Below, in pieces: positions 13,901 through 28,900 of a stretch of 63,328 nt of DNA. This DNA comes from Phoronis australis (taxonomy: Eukaryota > Animalia > Phoronida): positions 230,384 through 293,711 of the forward strand of contig NMRA01000098.1 of assembly GCA_002633005.1 (NCBI GenBank), written 5' to 3'. Every line of letters starts with the position of its first letter. The first letter of the stretch is position 1. The position numbers were made by a program, and so were the translations under genes. Below the pieces are notes generated by a model. It searched no databases. It worked only from the letters and a program-made list of their open reading frames with translations, and had not been told where the DNA came from.

Positions 13901-16900
13901 ACCATTAATATACCAAAACTATACAATAATCTTCAAATCCCTAGAACAATGTTCAATTCTCCTTAACACATCACAGGGTTGTTACCTTGGCGATATGCTC
14001 AAGCCACCTGCCGAGTGCGATGAACATAAGCAACATAGGTGATGTCTCGAAGAACGTCCGCGGGCTGCCGTCCATGCGCAGCGCCATGGCGGCCAACACA
14101 CTGATAGCAGAGTAGACGTAGGCAATGGTGGTGGCTAGTACAATCAACACGTCCATGTTGGTGGTGCGGTGTTTAAGTGCTTTGTATGCCTGTACGTAGA
14201 AATAGCGCCCACCTAAGAACTGGAAAAGACAGTAAATCTGTGAGTATTTAAATCAACTTATGTTTACAAACTGCCCAAGGTTGTCTGGTGTTCTCAGCTA
14301 AGTAAAACCAGCTACATCAATTACAGTAATGAGAACGAGAAATCCAGGAACGTGGATCAATTTCAAAATTTTACTTTAACAAATAATTCATTTAGTTTAT
14401 TACCTACATCAGAATTAAAACAAAGATATAAAACTAACTGAGGGCTGTTCCAGTGAAAAATGTATGGGAGGGGGAAGGCACTTTCATTGCTTACCCACCG
14501 CCCATATTTTTCTTGTATTTCTCCAATCCACCACCCATAATTTTGGATTTGGTTGAAGTATAAAATGCAACCACGCGGAATATCTTAAAATTACGCTTGA
14601 ACTGCACATGGTAATGTACATGTTAGGTTTTATTCTCTTTAGATATTTTCGATTTTCAGCATTTCATAAGCCAACAATGGTCCAGCAGACACAACCCAAG
14701 AGGGTGGTCAAATCGAAACGAAAATCGATTGCTGTCAGCAGATCCATCCCTGCCATACATATTTGTGCCAAATTTCACCCAGTTGCGCCTAGGGGTTTTT
14801 GAGATAATCAACCTGTCTTATCAAAAATTAAAATGGCCAACACGGAATGGTACAGCAGCCAAATCTGTAAAAAATCGACTGGTGCCGGCACGTTCCCACC
14901 ATCTATCTCTGTGCCAAATGTCATCATGATGCGTTAGGCGGTTTCAAGATAATCGCCGAACAAGGATGACTTGAGCAGTTGAAAACTAATGGGGTGCCAC
15001 AATAGCTGAATCAGTCCAAAAATCGACTGGTGCACGTGCATTCTCGTCATATATTTTTGTATTGAATTTCATTGTGATCCGTAAAGCAGTTTTTGAGATA
15101 ATCGACCCACAAGGAATGGCTTGTCGAAAACTAAAACGTCCAACATGGCCGAGGTACCACAGTAGCCAAATCTGTCCAAAAATCGACTGGTGCTGGCGCA
15201 TCCCAACCAAGTACCCTTATACCAAATTTCATCATGATCCACCAAACGGTTCTTGATATAATTGACAGACAAGAAATGATGACGACAGATGGACGGACGG
15301 ACAGACAAGATACAGCCTACATGCGACCACAAAAGTTTCGTGGGTGCAGAAAAATTCCATAATGATATCACAACTCATGTCAGTTATAAGAAACGTGCTT
15401 TTCAAAGCCGGACACCTGTGAGCAATACTTTAGGCAGCCACCAGGTATCTCTGTCCACCAGGTGTCTGTAATTCCAATAAGATTTTTCCAATTTCATGAA
15501 TCTACGAATCTCAAATTGTTTCCACGAATGCTTTTAGGCTGCTCTGCCAAGTGAATATTGGAACTTATTTGGCTCATATTTTTTATTAAAAAAATCATCA
15601 AAATCTCTTAGACGTGTTAACACCAGTTTAGTGTTGCAGTTATTTTCATTCTAATGTGACTGTACAACATGTGTCTGCAATCAAGTTGTCCATGACTTGA
15701 GTAATGGCATAGTGTTCATATTGCACACTGTACATTAACAAAATGGGTTTGATTCTTTTGCTTTTGAATAATTTTAGTACCTGCCAAACGAAGTGAAATT
15801 AAGAAGTCTGCTCATGGCTGAAAATACCCACCTGAACACATTTACCAACAAAAAACACCACCTACTTTTATTGACTTACTTCTTTCAAGAAGGACCACCC
15901 ATAATTTAAATTTCATTCATGAGACAACCACCCTTATTTTTCACTTCAACTGCCGTCCCCCCCCCTCCCCTCCCAAATGGATTTTGCCGCAACAGCCCTG
16001 ACCAGCTTAAAAGGGAAAGGTCACATTGCCATCACCAAATCCAGTACTAGATGCATAACTTATGCAAAACATCTGCCCAATTCCGAGGACATGTTCTACG
16101 GCCACAGTAGACACACTACAACTGGGTGATCAGCTCAATACAATGTTCTTTTGCAGTATTCTCCTTACCTGTACAGGTGTGGCCAACACGAAGAGCAGCA
16201 GATTCTCCAGAGACAAGCCAGGTAGAACTAGCGCGTGCCTACAGGGGTCAGTGTGTGTGGTGCTGTTCCCAGCGCTGGTGTTGGTGGGCGTGGCCGTTGG
16301 CTTGGGATGATTGGCATGGCAGGCCATCATAGAGAACATGAAATACATCATGACGACGAGACAGGGGACACCAAAGAACAGCGAGAGAAAGAACGAGTTA
16401 CGCCACCTGCAGGACAAAAATAAAATAAGCAAAAATGAAATTTCACCGTTAGTTTTTCCCAATTTAGTTTTTAAAAAAACTGCACACAATTTAATATGTT
16501 GTTTACTGAAAGAATAGAGCATTTCACGTAGAGATAAAAAGCAGAAACTGAAATGAAAAACACTCTACTCAGTTAGCAGACACTATTGAAGAATCAAATA
16601 GTATTTACCAAGAGCAAAACAACAACGAGTGTTCACTTCCAAAAATTGGAGTCCATGTACTCACCTTCCCAAATTTTTCAGGTCCATTTTGACTTCTTAG
16701 GGCTGTGAAAACAGCCCAGAAGTATGCATTGAAAAATGAGGCAAACCAGGACATATTTTTATCAATGGAAAATACAAAAAGATAAAAGAAGAGGGGAGGT
16801 GGCCTGATGCCTTATGCAATAAGATAACTGAAGGTTTTAATTCTTAAGTTATGCTTCTTACATCCAAGGTGACACTCCCATAAACTAAATATGTGTCTCC

Positions 16901-19900
16901 TCCAGCTAAATTGCATCATACGATGCAAGAACATAGCCTCGGGCAAATGCCGATCAAAAATACCATAATGTAGAGATCAAAGGTGAAACTTTGATGAATG
17001 AAAAGCAGACTCCCAAATGTATCACGAAAATATGAATGACTATTTTATTACCTAGATTGAGATGGTTTCAGATTAATTTCATACATTGGTTAACACCAAT
17101 AAACTTAGTTTTATATAAGATTGGAGTTAAAGATACAGATCTAAGAACATTTTGTGAAGTGTGCCAGAGGACATTACCCATCTGTATTAGAACTGTAATT
17201 AAGGTCTTTCTGGATTTCAGTTGATGATTGGCTCATAAACAAAACCAGAAGATCGTTAATTTAAAAGCTTTCAAATTTATATTTTTGGAAAGATTGAAGG
17301 ACTAGATGTAATTATTCTAAATGTATGCCTAGAAAAACTTCTTATTTATTGGCAGCATCTTAAAAACACGACTCCCAATCTGAAATACTTTAAAAGGGAA
17401 GTCTTTGAGTATTTCAAAACTGAAAAATAATTACTTTACAATAATCTAAAATTCGAAGATTTTAATAACAGATGGACCTCTATGGTACAGTTTCTTTTTG
17501 AGTTGTAAATGACCCCCAACACAAGTTGGCATGTGTGTAATATGTATGCGAGTAGGAATTATTTTCTCTTCATTTTCACACGTTTGTAAAAAGTATTATG
17601 TTTAATAAAAATAGAAAAAACATATATACTTACCTTCTCAAAATGATTTTGTGATCAGCATTATGCAAGTCCTGCTGTTTGTCAACTAAAGCAGCTTCGA
17701 ATCCGAGGTCCTTGACTGCGTCTATAATATCTCTTGCACCAGTACGATCGGTGTCGAACACAAAATGACCCCTGTTGGTAGCCAGGGCAACAGAGACAGA
17801 GAGAACGCCAGGTCTCTGTGCCATGTGCGATTCGATGCGATGGACGCAGGATGAACATGTCATTCCACCAATCTAAAAAATAAGACTGGTCAATTTTTAG
17901 TCAGCCGGTCAAAATTTGAGGAGTCTTCTAAATAAAATTTTGATGGCAAAGTTATGTTATAAGCAAACAACACGTGTAGCACTTACCTAAAACTGGCCCT
18001 TATCTCTGCTTGGGGGGTTAGCAAGCTCAAATTGAGAATTAACAATGAAAGTTATTAATGTTTGAAGCTGGGACTATGCTCCGTATACTGCACGTCGTAG
18101 AGCACCAAAACCGGAAAGTTCAGAACTCTTGACTGACTTGTGTGAACAGGTGATGACAGATAGAAGATGACAAATCAGTGCAACTAATACAAAGCTTGTT
18201 GGTTTAAAAAAATTCACCTTTTCATTAGAAATGGGTAAGCCAGTTATTTTATTTACATTAGAGGCACATGTAACATCTCTTTTACCAATAAATAAAATTG
18301 CCAAATCCCCACAAAGTACTAATTAAAGATTAAATGATAACTACACTGTCTTAATTTATAATTTACAAATTCTTAACTGAAATATCAATTAGATAGATAG
18401 TGTTTGGGGAAATGAAAAAATCCTTTTCATACCAAATTATTTGACACTTTTTCTAAATTTTTGGCATTTTAAACTCATTTCCACTTATTTTTAAAAGAAA
18501 CTTTAGAGAATGTCTGATATTGCAACAAGTTAAACTACACAATATGTAATGAAACTATACCAGGAATATTTCTAATTCGTAAGGCCCAGTCATATAGCCG
18601 ATCACGCATGAATCACTCATACAACACGCACAAATTCGTGTTTTGATCGTCGAGAAATTGACCAAATATTCCGGGTGTAGAGGTTAGAAATCACTGACAA
18701 ATAACTGACGAATCACCTATGGCCCACGCACATATCACTTACAATCACTGATGAATCACTGACATATCGCGCATATCGACGCATACAAGCCAAAATGATA
18801 TGATATGTCAGCTAATTATCACTTTTGTAAGTGATTGTCAATGGATGTCAGTGGAATGAATGTCATATATGCGTATTTCATGCGTGATATGAAGGTGGGG
18901 CGTCAGTGGACGGACATGGACGTGCGTGATTTCGAACCAGTTCTGACGCATAAGCACTGATGGCAAACCCGTGTCCAGCGCATGAATCACGCATACTCGA
19001 CGCATAAACTACGCACGTCAACTCACGAATTACGCACACCGATGCAGAGTTGTGCGTTGGAAAATTTTTGAACCGTTCAAAACTCAAAATCGCGCACAAA
19101 CCTCCCTCGACGTACATCCACTTACATTCACTGATGCTCCACGTTGGTTCCACCGACCAATTACGCATACGACCCAAGCTTCACGCATAAGCGAAAATCT
19201 GTGCGTGATTCATGAGTGATTCATGCGTAATCGGCTGTATGACTGGGCCTTTACATTACACGAATAAATAATGAATTTCTTTTTAAAATAGAATAAAGCT
19301 ATTCGTTAAGGATGCAAACTTTGCTTCCAAAAACTAACCCAAAGAACCACATGCACAAAAACACAAGGCACTCTCCAGCAGTAACCTTACTTGGAATGCT
19401 GGTGATAAATATGCATGTCATTCCACTGATACAGGTTGTAATTAGGCACATTTAATACAGCCACAAGTACATGTTTTTCATATTCTTTCTCTGTTTTGTG
19501 CACTTTATGCAGGTTTGGAGAAGTAGCTGGCAGGTGTTTTTGTGTTAGTTGCAATCATGGTAACTACTTTGGATTTTTTTATGTCACTGATACTGGTTGT
19601 AATTAGGCGCACTTTTGATAAAGCCATAAATACATGCTTTTAATTTAATAGTTAATTCCTTTTGTTTTGTGTGCTTTATGCAGTTTTAAAGAAATAACTG
19701 ACAGTTTTTTGCATTAGCTGCCATGGCAACCATTTTTGAATTTTAAAATAGTTCTACAGAACTGGTTTTGACAAATTAGCCAAAATGTCTTTACCATCAA
19801 ATCTAAAATTGCGGATTTTGGCCGGTTGACTAAATGATTTCTTTTATTAATAATTCTCTAAGTCTCACACAGTCTCACACAATTAAGTCAGCAGTGAATT

Positions 19901-22900
19901 TCCTCGCTAAAACAATCAATGAACTCCATTTCAGTCCATGGTGATATCATCTGTAATTAGGAATGCTTATTTTGTGTATTAAAAAAACAGTGTTCCCTAT
20001 CAGAACAAAAACCAAAACAGTAGTTTTCAAAGGTGACGCGGCATGGGCTTTAAAAATGTGAACAATGTTTACACAAAATAAAAGTTTGTTTGAAGTTAGT
20101 GATACAGTACAAAGATTCATCAAGGAATTCTGTAGATATTGAGGCAGACGTGAAAATCAAAGCGTACTCTTGGTGGCACAACAGAGGTCGCATCCATCGG
20201 AAAATCAGCTTCCGCGATTTTCAAGTTGATGGAAATGTGCCAGATTTCCCGAAGCTCCTTCCAGAGGTTAAGAAGACATAGCTGTGTATGCTGGGACCCT
20301 GTCTAGATGGGTAGAGTTGATGGTAACATGCACCTAACTAAATGCTATACGTGGGAACCTAAAAATCAATGCACTATGTAATACCAAACTTACATGAATC
20401 TCTAGATGGCCTTCTCCCGCACCCTCCGTCTCAAGTATTGATGCCTCGAAGCCCAGCTTGTTGATGTGATTAGCAATCTGTGACGGCATGAGGTACGCCG
20501 GGTCATAGCGTACTTCCGCTTTCTGGGCCATCAAGGCGACAAGTACAGACTGGATACCTGCACAGGGGACAAAGCAAACACTAATAGATTGAATCTACAG
20601 GTGAGTAGCATAGATGTTAAACACAACCATCATGAAACAACACAGAAAAGAATGGGAGTCCCAACTGAGTGGTGCGAAGTATAAGAGAATAGGAGTCCCA
20701 ACCGAGTGGTGCTAAGTATAAGTGAATGGGAGTCCCAACTGAGTGGTGCTAACTATAAGTGAAAGGGAGTCCCAACTGAGTGGTGCTAAGTATAAGTGAA
20801 TAGGAGTCCCAACTGAGTGGTGCTAAATATAAGTGAATGGGAGTCCCAACTGAGTGGTGCTAANAATAGAATAAAGCTATCCGTTAAGGATGCAAACTTT
20901 GCTTCAAAAAACTAACCCAAAGAACCACATGCACAAAAACACAGGGCACTCTACAGCAGTAACCTTACCTGGAATGCTGGTGATAAATATGCATGTCATT
21001 CCACTGATACTGGTTGTAATTAGGCACATTTAATACAGCCACAAGTACATGTTTCTTATATTCTTTCTCTGTTTTGTGCACTTTATGCAGGTTTGGAGAA
21101 GTAGCTGGCAGGTGTTTTTGTATTAGTTGCCATCATGGTAACTACTTTGGATTTTTTTATGTCACTGATACTGGTTGTAATTAGGCGCACTTTTGATAAA
21201 GCCATAAATACATGCTTTTAATTAGTTAATTCCTTTTGTTTTGTGTGCTTTATGCAGTTTTAAAGAAATAACTGACAGTTTTTTGCATTAGCTGCTATGG
21301 CAACCATTTTTGAATTTTAAAATAGTTCTACAGAACTGGTTTTGACAAATTAGCCAAAATGTCTTTACCATCAAATCTAAAATTGCGGATTTTGGCTGGT
21401 TGACTAAATGATTTCTTTAATAATTCTCTAAATCTCACACAGTCTCACACAATTAAGTCAGCAGTGAATTTACTCGCTAAAACAATCAATGAACTCCATT
21501 TCAGTTCATGGTGATATCATCTGTAATTAGGATTGCTTATTTTGTGTATTAAAAAAACAGTGTTCCCTATCAGAACAAAAACCAAAACAGTAGTTTTCAA
21601 AGGTGACGCGGCATGGGCTTTAAAAATATGAATAATGTTTACACAAAATAAAAGTTTGTTTGAAGTTAGTGATACAGTACAAAGATTCATCAAGGAATTC
21701 TGTAGATATTGAGGCAGACGTAAAAATCAAAGCGTACTCTTGGTGGCACAACAGAGGTCGCATCCATCGGTAAATCAGCTTCCGCGATTTTCAAGTTGAT
21801 GGAAATGTGCCAGATTTCCCGAAGCTCCTTCCAGAGGTTAAAAAGACATAGCTGTGTATGCTGGGACCCTGTCTAGATGGGTAGAGTTGATGGTAACATG
21901 CACCTAACTAAATGCTATACGTGGGAACCTAAAAATCAATGCACTATGTAATATCAAACTTACATGAATCTCTAGATGGCCTTCTCCCGCACCCTCCGTC
22001 TCGAGTATTGATGCCTCGAAGCCCAGCTTGTTGATGTGATTAGCAATCTGTGACGGCATGAGGTACGCCGGGTCATAGCGTACTTCCGCTTTCTGGGCCA
22101 TCAAGGCGACAAGTACAGACTGGATACCTGCACAGGGGACAAAGCAAACACTAATAGGTTGAATCTACAGGTGAGTAGCATAGATGTTAAACACAACCAT
22201 CATGAAACAACACAGAAAAGAATGGGAGTCCCAACTGAGTGGTGCGAAGTATAAGAGAATAGGAGTCCCAACTGAGTGGTGCTAAGTATAAGTGAATGGG
22301 AGCCCCAACTGAGTGGTGCTAACTATAAGTGAAAGGGAGTCCCAACTGAGTGGTGCTAAGTATAAGTGAATGGGAGTCCCGAGTGGTGCTAAGTATAAGT
22401 GACCTCTAAACACAAGCGTGTGATGCTTGTTACTGGTTCAAACACTCTTCTACTCAGAAGTAGAGGAGTCCCAGATTAGGACCAGAGCATGTATGAATGA
22501 AAACAAAATTGCAGTTCTCCATCACTTGTATGCTCGACAAAGAGGTGAAATGGAAAGGTATGTGAATCAATCAGTAGGTTCGACACAAATGTTGAAATAC
22601 AGCACTGCAATACATTGGAATTCATGGACAGGTTGCCATTTTAGGCACCAAAAATACCAGTGCCAGTTTAAGTAAAAAATACCAACATTTTGGTGTTTTG
22701 GGATAAGTCTGAATTGGCATGTACTTTTGTTATTAATGATTACTTGATCTCTGCAATACTCAGGGCAACCGTATACAGCTGAATCACCCTTTTTGTGATC
22801 AGAGTCTCAATTCTCCCAATCAAGTAAATAATGGCAAAAGCCGTGCTTATCAGCTTATCATTAGCAAACAATGGAGGACAGGCATGATTTTTACAAGGAA

Positions 22901-25900
22901 CTCAAGTGCTTTCAAAGTGAATATTGCAATGTATCTAACAAAAGCTAGGACAACAAAGTTGACAACAAGGAACAGCTGTCTATTTCAGTCTTTAAAGTGA
23001 CTTGAGACTCAAGGCGGAAATTATGGTCTTATGCTCCTACTTCACAACTGCTGAATAAAGGTTTAGCCAAGTATTTACCATTTATGCAACACAGTCTTGA
23101 AATAATTCAAACAATTATCGCAGTAACCAGCTGTAATATATCCTCAGAAACTGTGCACTTTTGTTCCAGTGAGATTTAATTATTTTTCAGAAATGGTTAT
23201 GAAGAGCATAAGACCAAATTTGTGTCTCAAGTTTTAAGTCCCTTTTCATGAAACAGTAGCCTGGAGTGAAGACAGGTAGAGGATTCACCCATCACTGAGT
23301 GCCCACAAACTGCTTACAACATCAAATGCAATGGGGTGACCTTTTCAATTTGTAAGGAACATTTGAGAGGGAATTGCAAACAACGAATGAGGGACTGGGG
23401 ATGAAATGTTCGTTTCACTAGCACTGACCTCATAGACGTAATGAACTCCATCCAGTTGGTGGTCTTATCATGTGTAGTTATGAATGCTAAGTCAATCCAT
23501 TCAACAACAAAAACAAACGTTCCATCCTGAAGTATAAACTAACTGACAATTGTTTTAAAAGTTGGCATTACATGGGCTTACCTGGACAATGGATAGGTTC
23601 AATGCCAAAGCACTGAATAAGATTGTTTCCTACATGCTTTGCAGCTTTAAAATGCAAAACATTCAATAACCAATAAAGATGTATTAAAGAGTGACAATAA
23701 AATTTCACCTTCGACCTTCTTCAGGCTTCTCTCTATGGTGGCTACACATGAAGCGCACGTCATGCCCAGTACCTGCAGATGGACGCGCTCGCACTCATCA
23801 TCACTCAGGTCAACATGTACCTCAGGGATGTGCACCCTGCGGTGATGCTCGGCAGGGGGTTTGTTGGTGCTCGAGGATGCGTGTTGCTCCACAAACTCGG
23901 TGTAGGAGGGATATCTTTGACGAAGGTCTGTAAAAAGACGCCGTTTCTGATTATCTAAGTTACATTCAATGTGGCAACCAGTTTTCTACTTGGCATTGAA
24001 TATACGGTATATATTATTATGTCTAAAAAGAAAGTGATCACCATTTAAAAAAATGATTTTGGTATTTAAATTTAAATTTCTGATGTGTTTTCAATCTACA
24101 GAGTTGGTAATTTTGTCATCTCTCCGGTGTATGCCTTGTCCGACACCACGTTTGATTTTGGTATAATGTAACCTTTTGAAGATCTTACATCCGTGGAATT
24201 TAAAACATTTTACAAATTTCTGAAAACAAGAAAGTGACAACTACTGTGATCTCATGTCCCAACACTAAGCACTACATGCAGCACCAAACATTATCTGCAA
24301 AAGCATCATAACTGCACCAATCAGTCTACACTGATTCAAGTCTGAGATAAAATTTAATTTCCCATAAAACCTCAGAATCTCCAACCAAGAGAGAAGTAGG
24401 AACAGTCCTAGGCCTAGCACCGACGTGATTCCAAAGCAAAGCATCTAAAGTCAACACATGGAACATTTGCCAGACGCTATTAAAGCATTATGACACACCA
24501 TATAATCACTGAGACATCATTAGTCGGTGGGTACGTCGATTAGAAAAACATTCCAACACACAGTAACTCACAAAACATAATCAGCACTACAAGACCATAC
24601 CGCAGCATATTAATTAACAATAATCAAAAACAAAGGGATAAGCCAGGAAAAGGCTTTAATAACTGTGTCAAAATCCAACACTACCATGACTCTACATTAA
24701 TTTAGTCTTCCACTTCTACAAGTCAGCAATTCTGTTCTGAGCAAGCAGTTTGGGGTTTATGGGTCCTTGATGAGCTGCAAAAACTAGTCTACAGAAGAAT
24801 TGTGAATTGGGGTCATTCAGTACAGTGTAGGGTGCGTTCAGTAAGACTCGCGATTAGTTTGCAAAGACCACGAAAGATCAAGTATAGGAAGACATCTGGC
24901 AAGAGTTTCCCCCAACTAGTCTTGCGATGTTACTATCGCTAGCCAACTGGCCGCCATCGTAAGTGGTGGGACGGCCATGCCAGAATGTTGAATTGTGGGA
25001 GTAAGCTAGGCGTTAACATCCAGACCACATGCCATTTCCGTAGCATGCAGTGCAATTTCTCTCTGCAATTGCCTCTTGCTTTACTGAACAGGTCCTAAGT
25101 GATTCCCCTCACTTCAAGGACACATAAATATACAACTTGTGCTCTGATCTATCTACAGCCAAGTAAGTGTAAGGATGATAGATGAAGACCCAGGAACGTG
25201 TACATGCAAAATCTGAATCAAATGAGTAGAGACATGCATTAACCAACCAGTGACTTTACTAACCACTTGCTTTTACTCCGTTAGAGCAGTGTGTGACATC
25301 TGAGAAAGATTTAGTAATTCAAGTTAGCATACCTTAAAGAAACAGATGAGCGGAAAATCACATGCAGTAAAAATTCCTTAACTTTGGAAACAGGAACTCA
25401 TTAATATGCAGTGAGGCAATTGAATGCCTCATTAATATGCAGTGAGGCAATTGAATGCCAAGTCAGTACAGTGTAATTCTGAAGAAAGTAATATTTACTT
25501 GAAGAAATATAGAGCTGTGTAAAGCAGTGGAAATGTTATAATCCCTTTCAAACCGTAAATTTAAGAGATTCCAAAGTTAAGAACACATTCTTTTATTAAG
25601 GTTGTCAGTGAAGGAGCCTAGAAAAATGTCCAATTATGGTCAACTTTGGGGTATCGAATCTTTGAAATGATTGATTGGTTCGTGAAATATGCAAATATCG
25701 TACTATGCTTAATATTGTCTCCCAAACGCTGCTGGAAGTATTTTTAAAGTGTCCCACTTTAGCATGAGAGGCTATCAAAAAATAGGACTGATATGATATT
25801 TATGAAAAAAATAAAAGTTGAGTAAAATGAAAATGAAGCGATAATTTAGAAAACTGTTACAGCATTTATGACATTCCATCTTGAACATTTATATCACAAG

Positions 25901-28900
25901 AAATTTGGTCATGTTATTGATCCTGTTCTTATGCTATGTGTATGATCATGTAACTTAAGTTTCTTTTTTTGCTAAATTTTCCTTAAAATAGAGGTCACAA
26001 GATTTAATTGGTGGCAGATTGGTATCAAATCAAAAGTCAAATTTTACAGATTTGAACTTCTACTTTCAGAAAATACCGGGTATATACTTTTCAGCGCCTG
26101 ACTTGGCAACCTACAGGTCATGAATGTGACCTCAGATTGTGTTTGGCAACCTGGGAAAAATCTTATGTTGCCATGAAGTGGCAACTGGGAGTGTTGACTT
26201 TCAAACTTTAAAGTACTAAGTTTTCCTAGATTCAATACCCTTGATTCACAAGTGTTTCGTGTATTTCACATTTGTCCCCATAGCAGTCAGCACACATGAA
26301 GAACACGCCTAAACCTTAACAAGAAGTTAACAGACAGAAGTCAGAATTGTTCGTCAAAAAACAGTAAAGATCAGTGAAATATGCACCATGAGTGTTTTCG
26401 ATCGTCAGCTTTCTATGTTCGTTCCTTGGCGGGGGAATTGAGTTAGGGGAAAATTTGGAGAAACATACGAAAGATACTGAGAATGTTTTTGTCAATGAAT
26501 TTTATGCCGGATCAGCAACCTCATATTTCATTTGGCAACCTGGTATTTTCAGTTTTGGCAGCCTCGGATTTCGTTTGGTGACCTGGAATTTTCAGTTTTG
26601 GCTAACTCATGTTTCGTTTGGCGACCTGGAACTTAGCTTTTGTTGAGTTAAATTCTATGGTTTTGTACATATTTGGCTAAATGTACAAACCTGTTGAAAG
26701 GTTCTACATGACCTTATCCAAGAAATTAAACAGGGTGTGTAGAGGCACATCACAAGATCAGATAGATACTGATTAACATATTAGAAAGTGATGGTACAGG
26801 ACAGCTGTAGTTTAGACCAACAGTGTCTTCAATACCTCCGACTATTGTTCTTGCCACCTTAAAGATACTAAGGTGAACAAGTTGCTGCAAACGAGATTTC
26901 ATAAGTAAACAATGGGAGACTTTCAAGAAGCAATGGGGGCTGATCACGTGGGACCAGTGACTCATATCGCCACCTAGCTGTACCACGAGTTACTTTGTCT
27001 TTGTAGCGTGTAGTATAGGAGAAAAGTTTGACTTAATTTGTGAAAAGACCTTTTTACAATGCATGTGATTAGACGTGACGAGTGTTAAACAAAAGTTATT
27101 AAGTGCCTGCTCGTCTACTTGAGGCCACTGATATCCAGTCCCACGTGACCAGTCGCCAAGTTACTATTTGAAAGTCTCCCATTCAGAAATGAACAAGACT
27201 TGTCACAAGTTGCCAAGAGACTTCATAGCACTAGAGAACCTACCAGACAATGCCGCTTCAAAACCCATCTCATCTATGGCATTGCGAATTTTCTGCGGTG
27301 TCGTTACGCACGGGTCATAGCGAAATGTGCCCTTGTGACTGGCCAAATCAACAGAGACAAACAAAACACCAGGCTTTGTCCTCATGTTTCCCTCAATGCT
27401 CTCAACGCATGAATTACATGTCATGCCCTTAATGAAGACGATAACGTTCTTAGATTGCCCCGGCTTTTCTGAGGTCTGCAGAGGTTTAGCCTCAAAGCCC
27501 ATGTCATCGATGGCATTGGCTATATCCTGCGGTGTTGTCTTCCGACCATCGTAAATGACAGATGCCCGTTTCTCCTCCAACGACACTTTGATGGAGACAA
27601 TGCCCTTTTGAGGCGACACCACCTCCTCGATGTTTCGCACACACGACTGACACGTCATTCCATCGATTCCAATCAAACACGTCTGCTCATCAGCTCCACC
27701 AGAATTACATCCTTGCGTTTCGTCGATAGCGGAAGCCTCAAAGCCCATGTCGTCGACTTGTTCAGCAATTGTACGTGGCGTTGTTAGGTGAGGATCATAA
27801 ACAAACACGCCCTCTTCCTTTTCCAGTGATACTTTGACGCTGACGATACCCTCTTTACCGGACATATTGCTCTCGATATTACGCACGCATGATTGACATG
27901 TCATCCCCTTGATGCTAATACAAGCTTCCTGATTGGCCTCTGGATTCTTCAAGGTGGCCTCGAAGCCCATGTCATCGATTAGCTCAGCGACTGCCTCTGG
28001 GGATGTAACTGAGGGATCATACGACACCTGGGAAAAAGAACAGAATTCATGCAAACATCCAAACATCACAAGAAAAAATTCAGGTCACGCAAGAACACAT
28101 ACAAATCCGATATGGTACATAATTATAAAAACGAAACTTGTAGGGAATGACAGAGTGACTGGCCACTGCCTCAGTCTACTACCATTTTAAAGCAAAACAT
28201 ACAAGGGGAGTTGGCTCACTTGTTCATCATTCCAACTTTAAGTTAACCATATGTTAGACAAAACAAAACACAAAAGCATGCGATCATATTTTTTCAATTC
28301 ACTACCAGCACACTTAGGTGGCGCTGCAAAAAATGACTGTTGTGCATTGTTGTTTAGGCCACAATGCCTCGTTTTAGCATCAATTTTAACAATGCAAAAG
28401 TGAAAGCGCGTGTGTTCCAAACATGCAGAACCATTTGTAGTTTGGACACAACATCTCATTTTCGAACATAATGGCAAATTCGTGCAACTAGTGAATGTTC
28501 TAAGAATTAACAACAAAGCCTTTTCAATGCAAGAACATATTAATTTGACGTTTTGCCATAAAACGAAATGATAAACATTCTTGCAATGAAGCCTGAATTC
28601 AATCTAACTTTCAATTAAGAATGTTCTCCAGACATATTTGAAGTTTCATAATCTGTCCAAGAGTTTTAAAGCTTGCTTGAAAACACTAAATAAACCTTGA
28701 TGATGACAAATTAAGATACACTGTTTTCCCTCATTTTCATTACAATGAGGACTTAGTTGTAGACAGATGGTGGTGGGTGGACTTAATTGATTTGACGTCT
28801 TCCACCATCTCAGCCAGGCATATGCCAAATGAAAATCACTATAGAGATGAACTGTGATAAGGCTAAGGCAGCTATGGGGTACCATTAGTCAAGAAAACGA

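Larger units (their letters stand above)
19287..22401. repeat. About 1.57-kb tandem duplication containing ATP7 exon 5, joined by a single N (20864)
   Basis: 19287-20863 versus 20865-22401, differing by scattered SNPs and small indels. Confidence 0.9.

Noticed and set aside
20650-20863. 37-bp repeat array resembling a CRISPR array in unit length
   Set aside because: Units are head-to-tail with no unique spacers, there are no cas genes, and it lies in a eukaryotic intron. It is a minisatellite.
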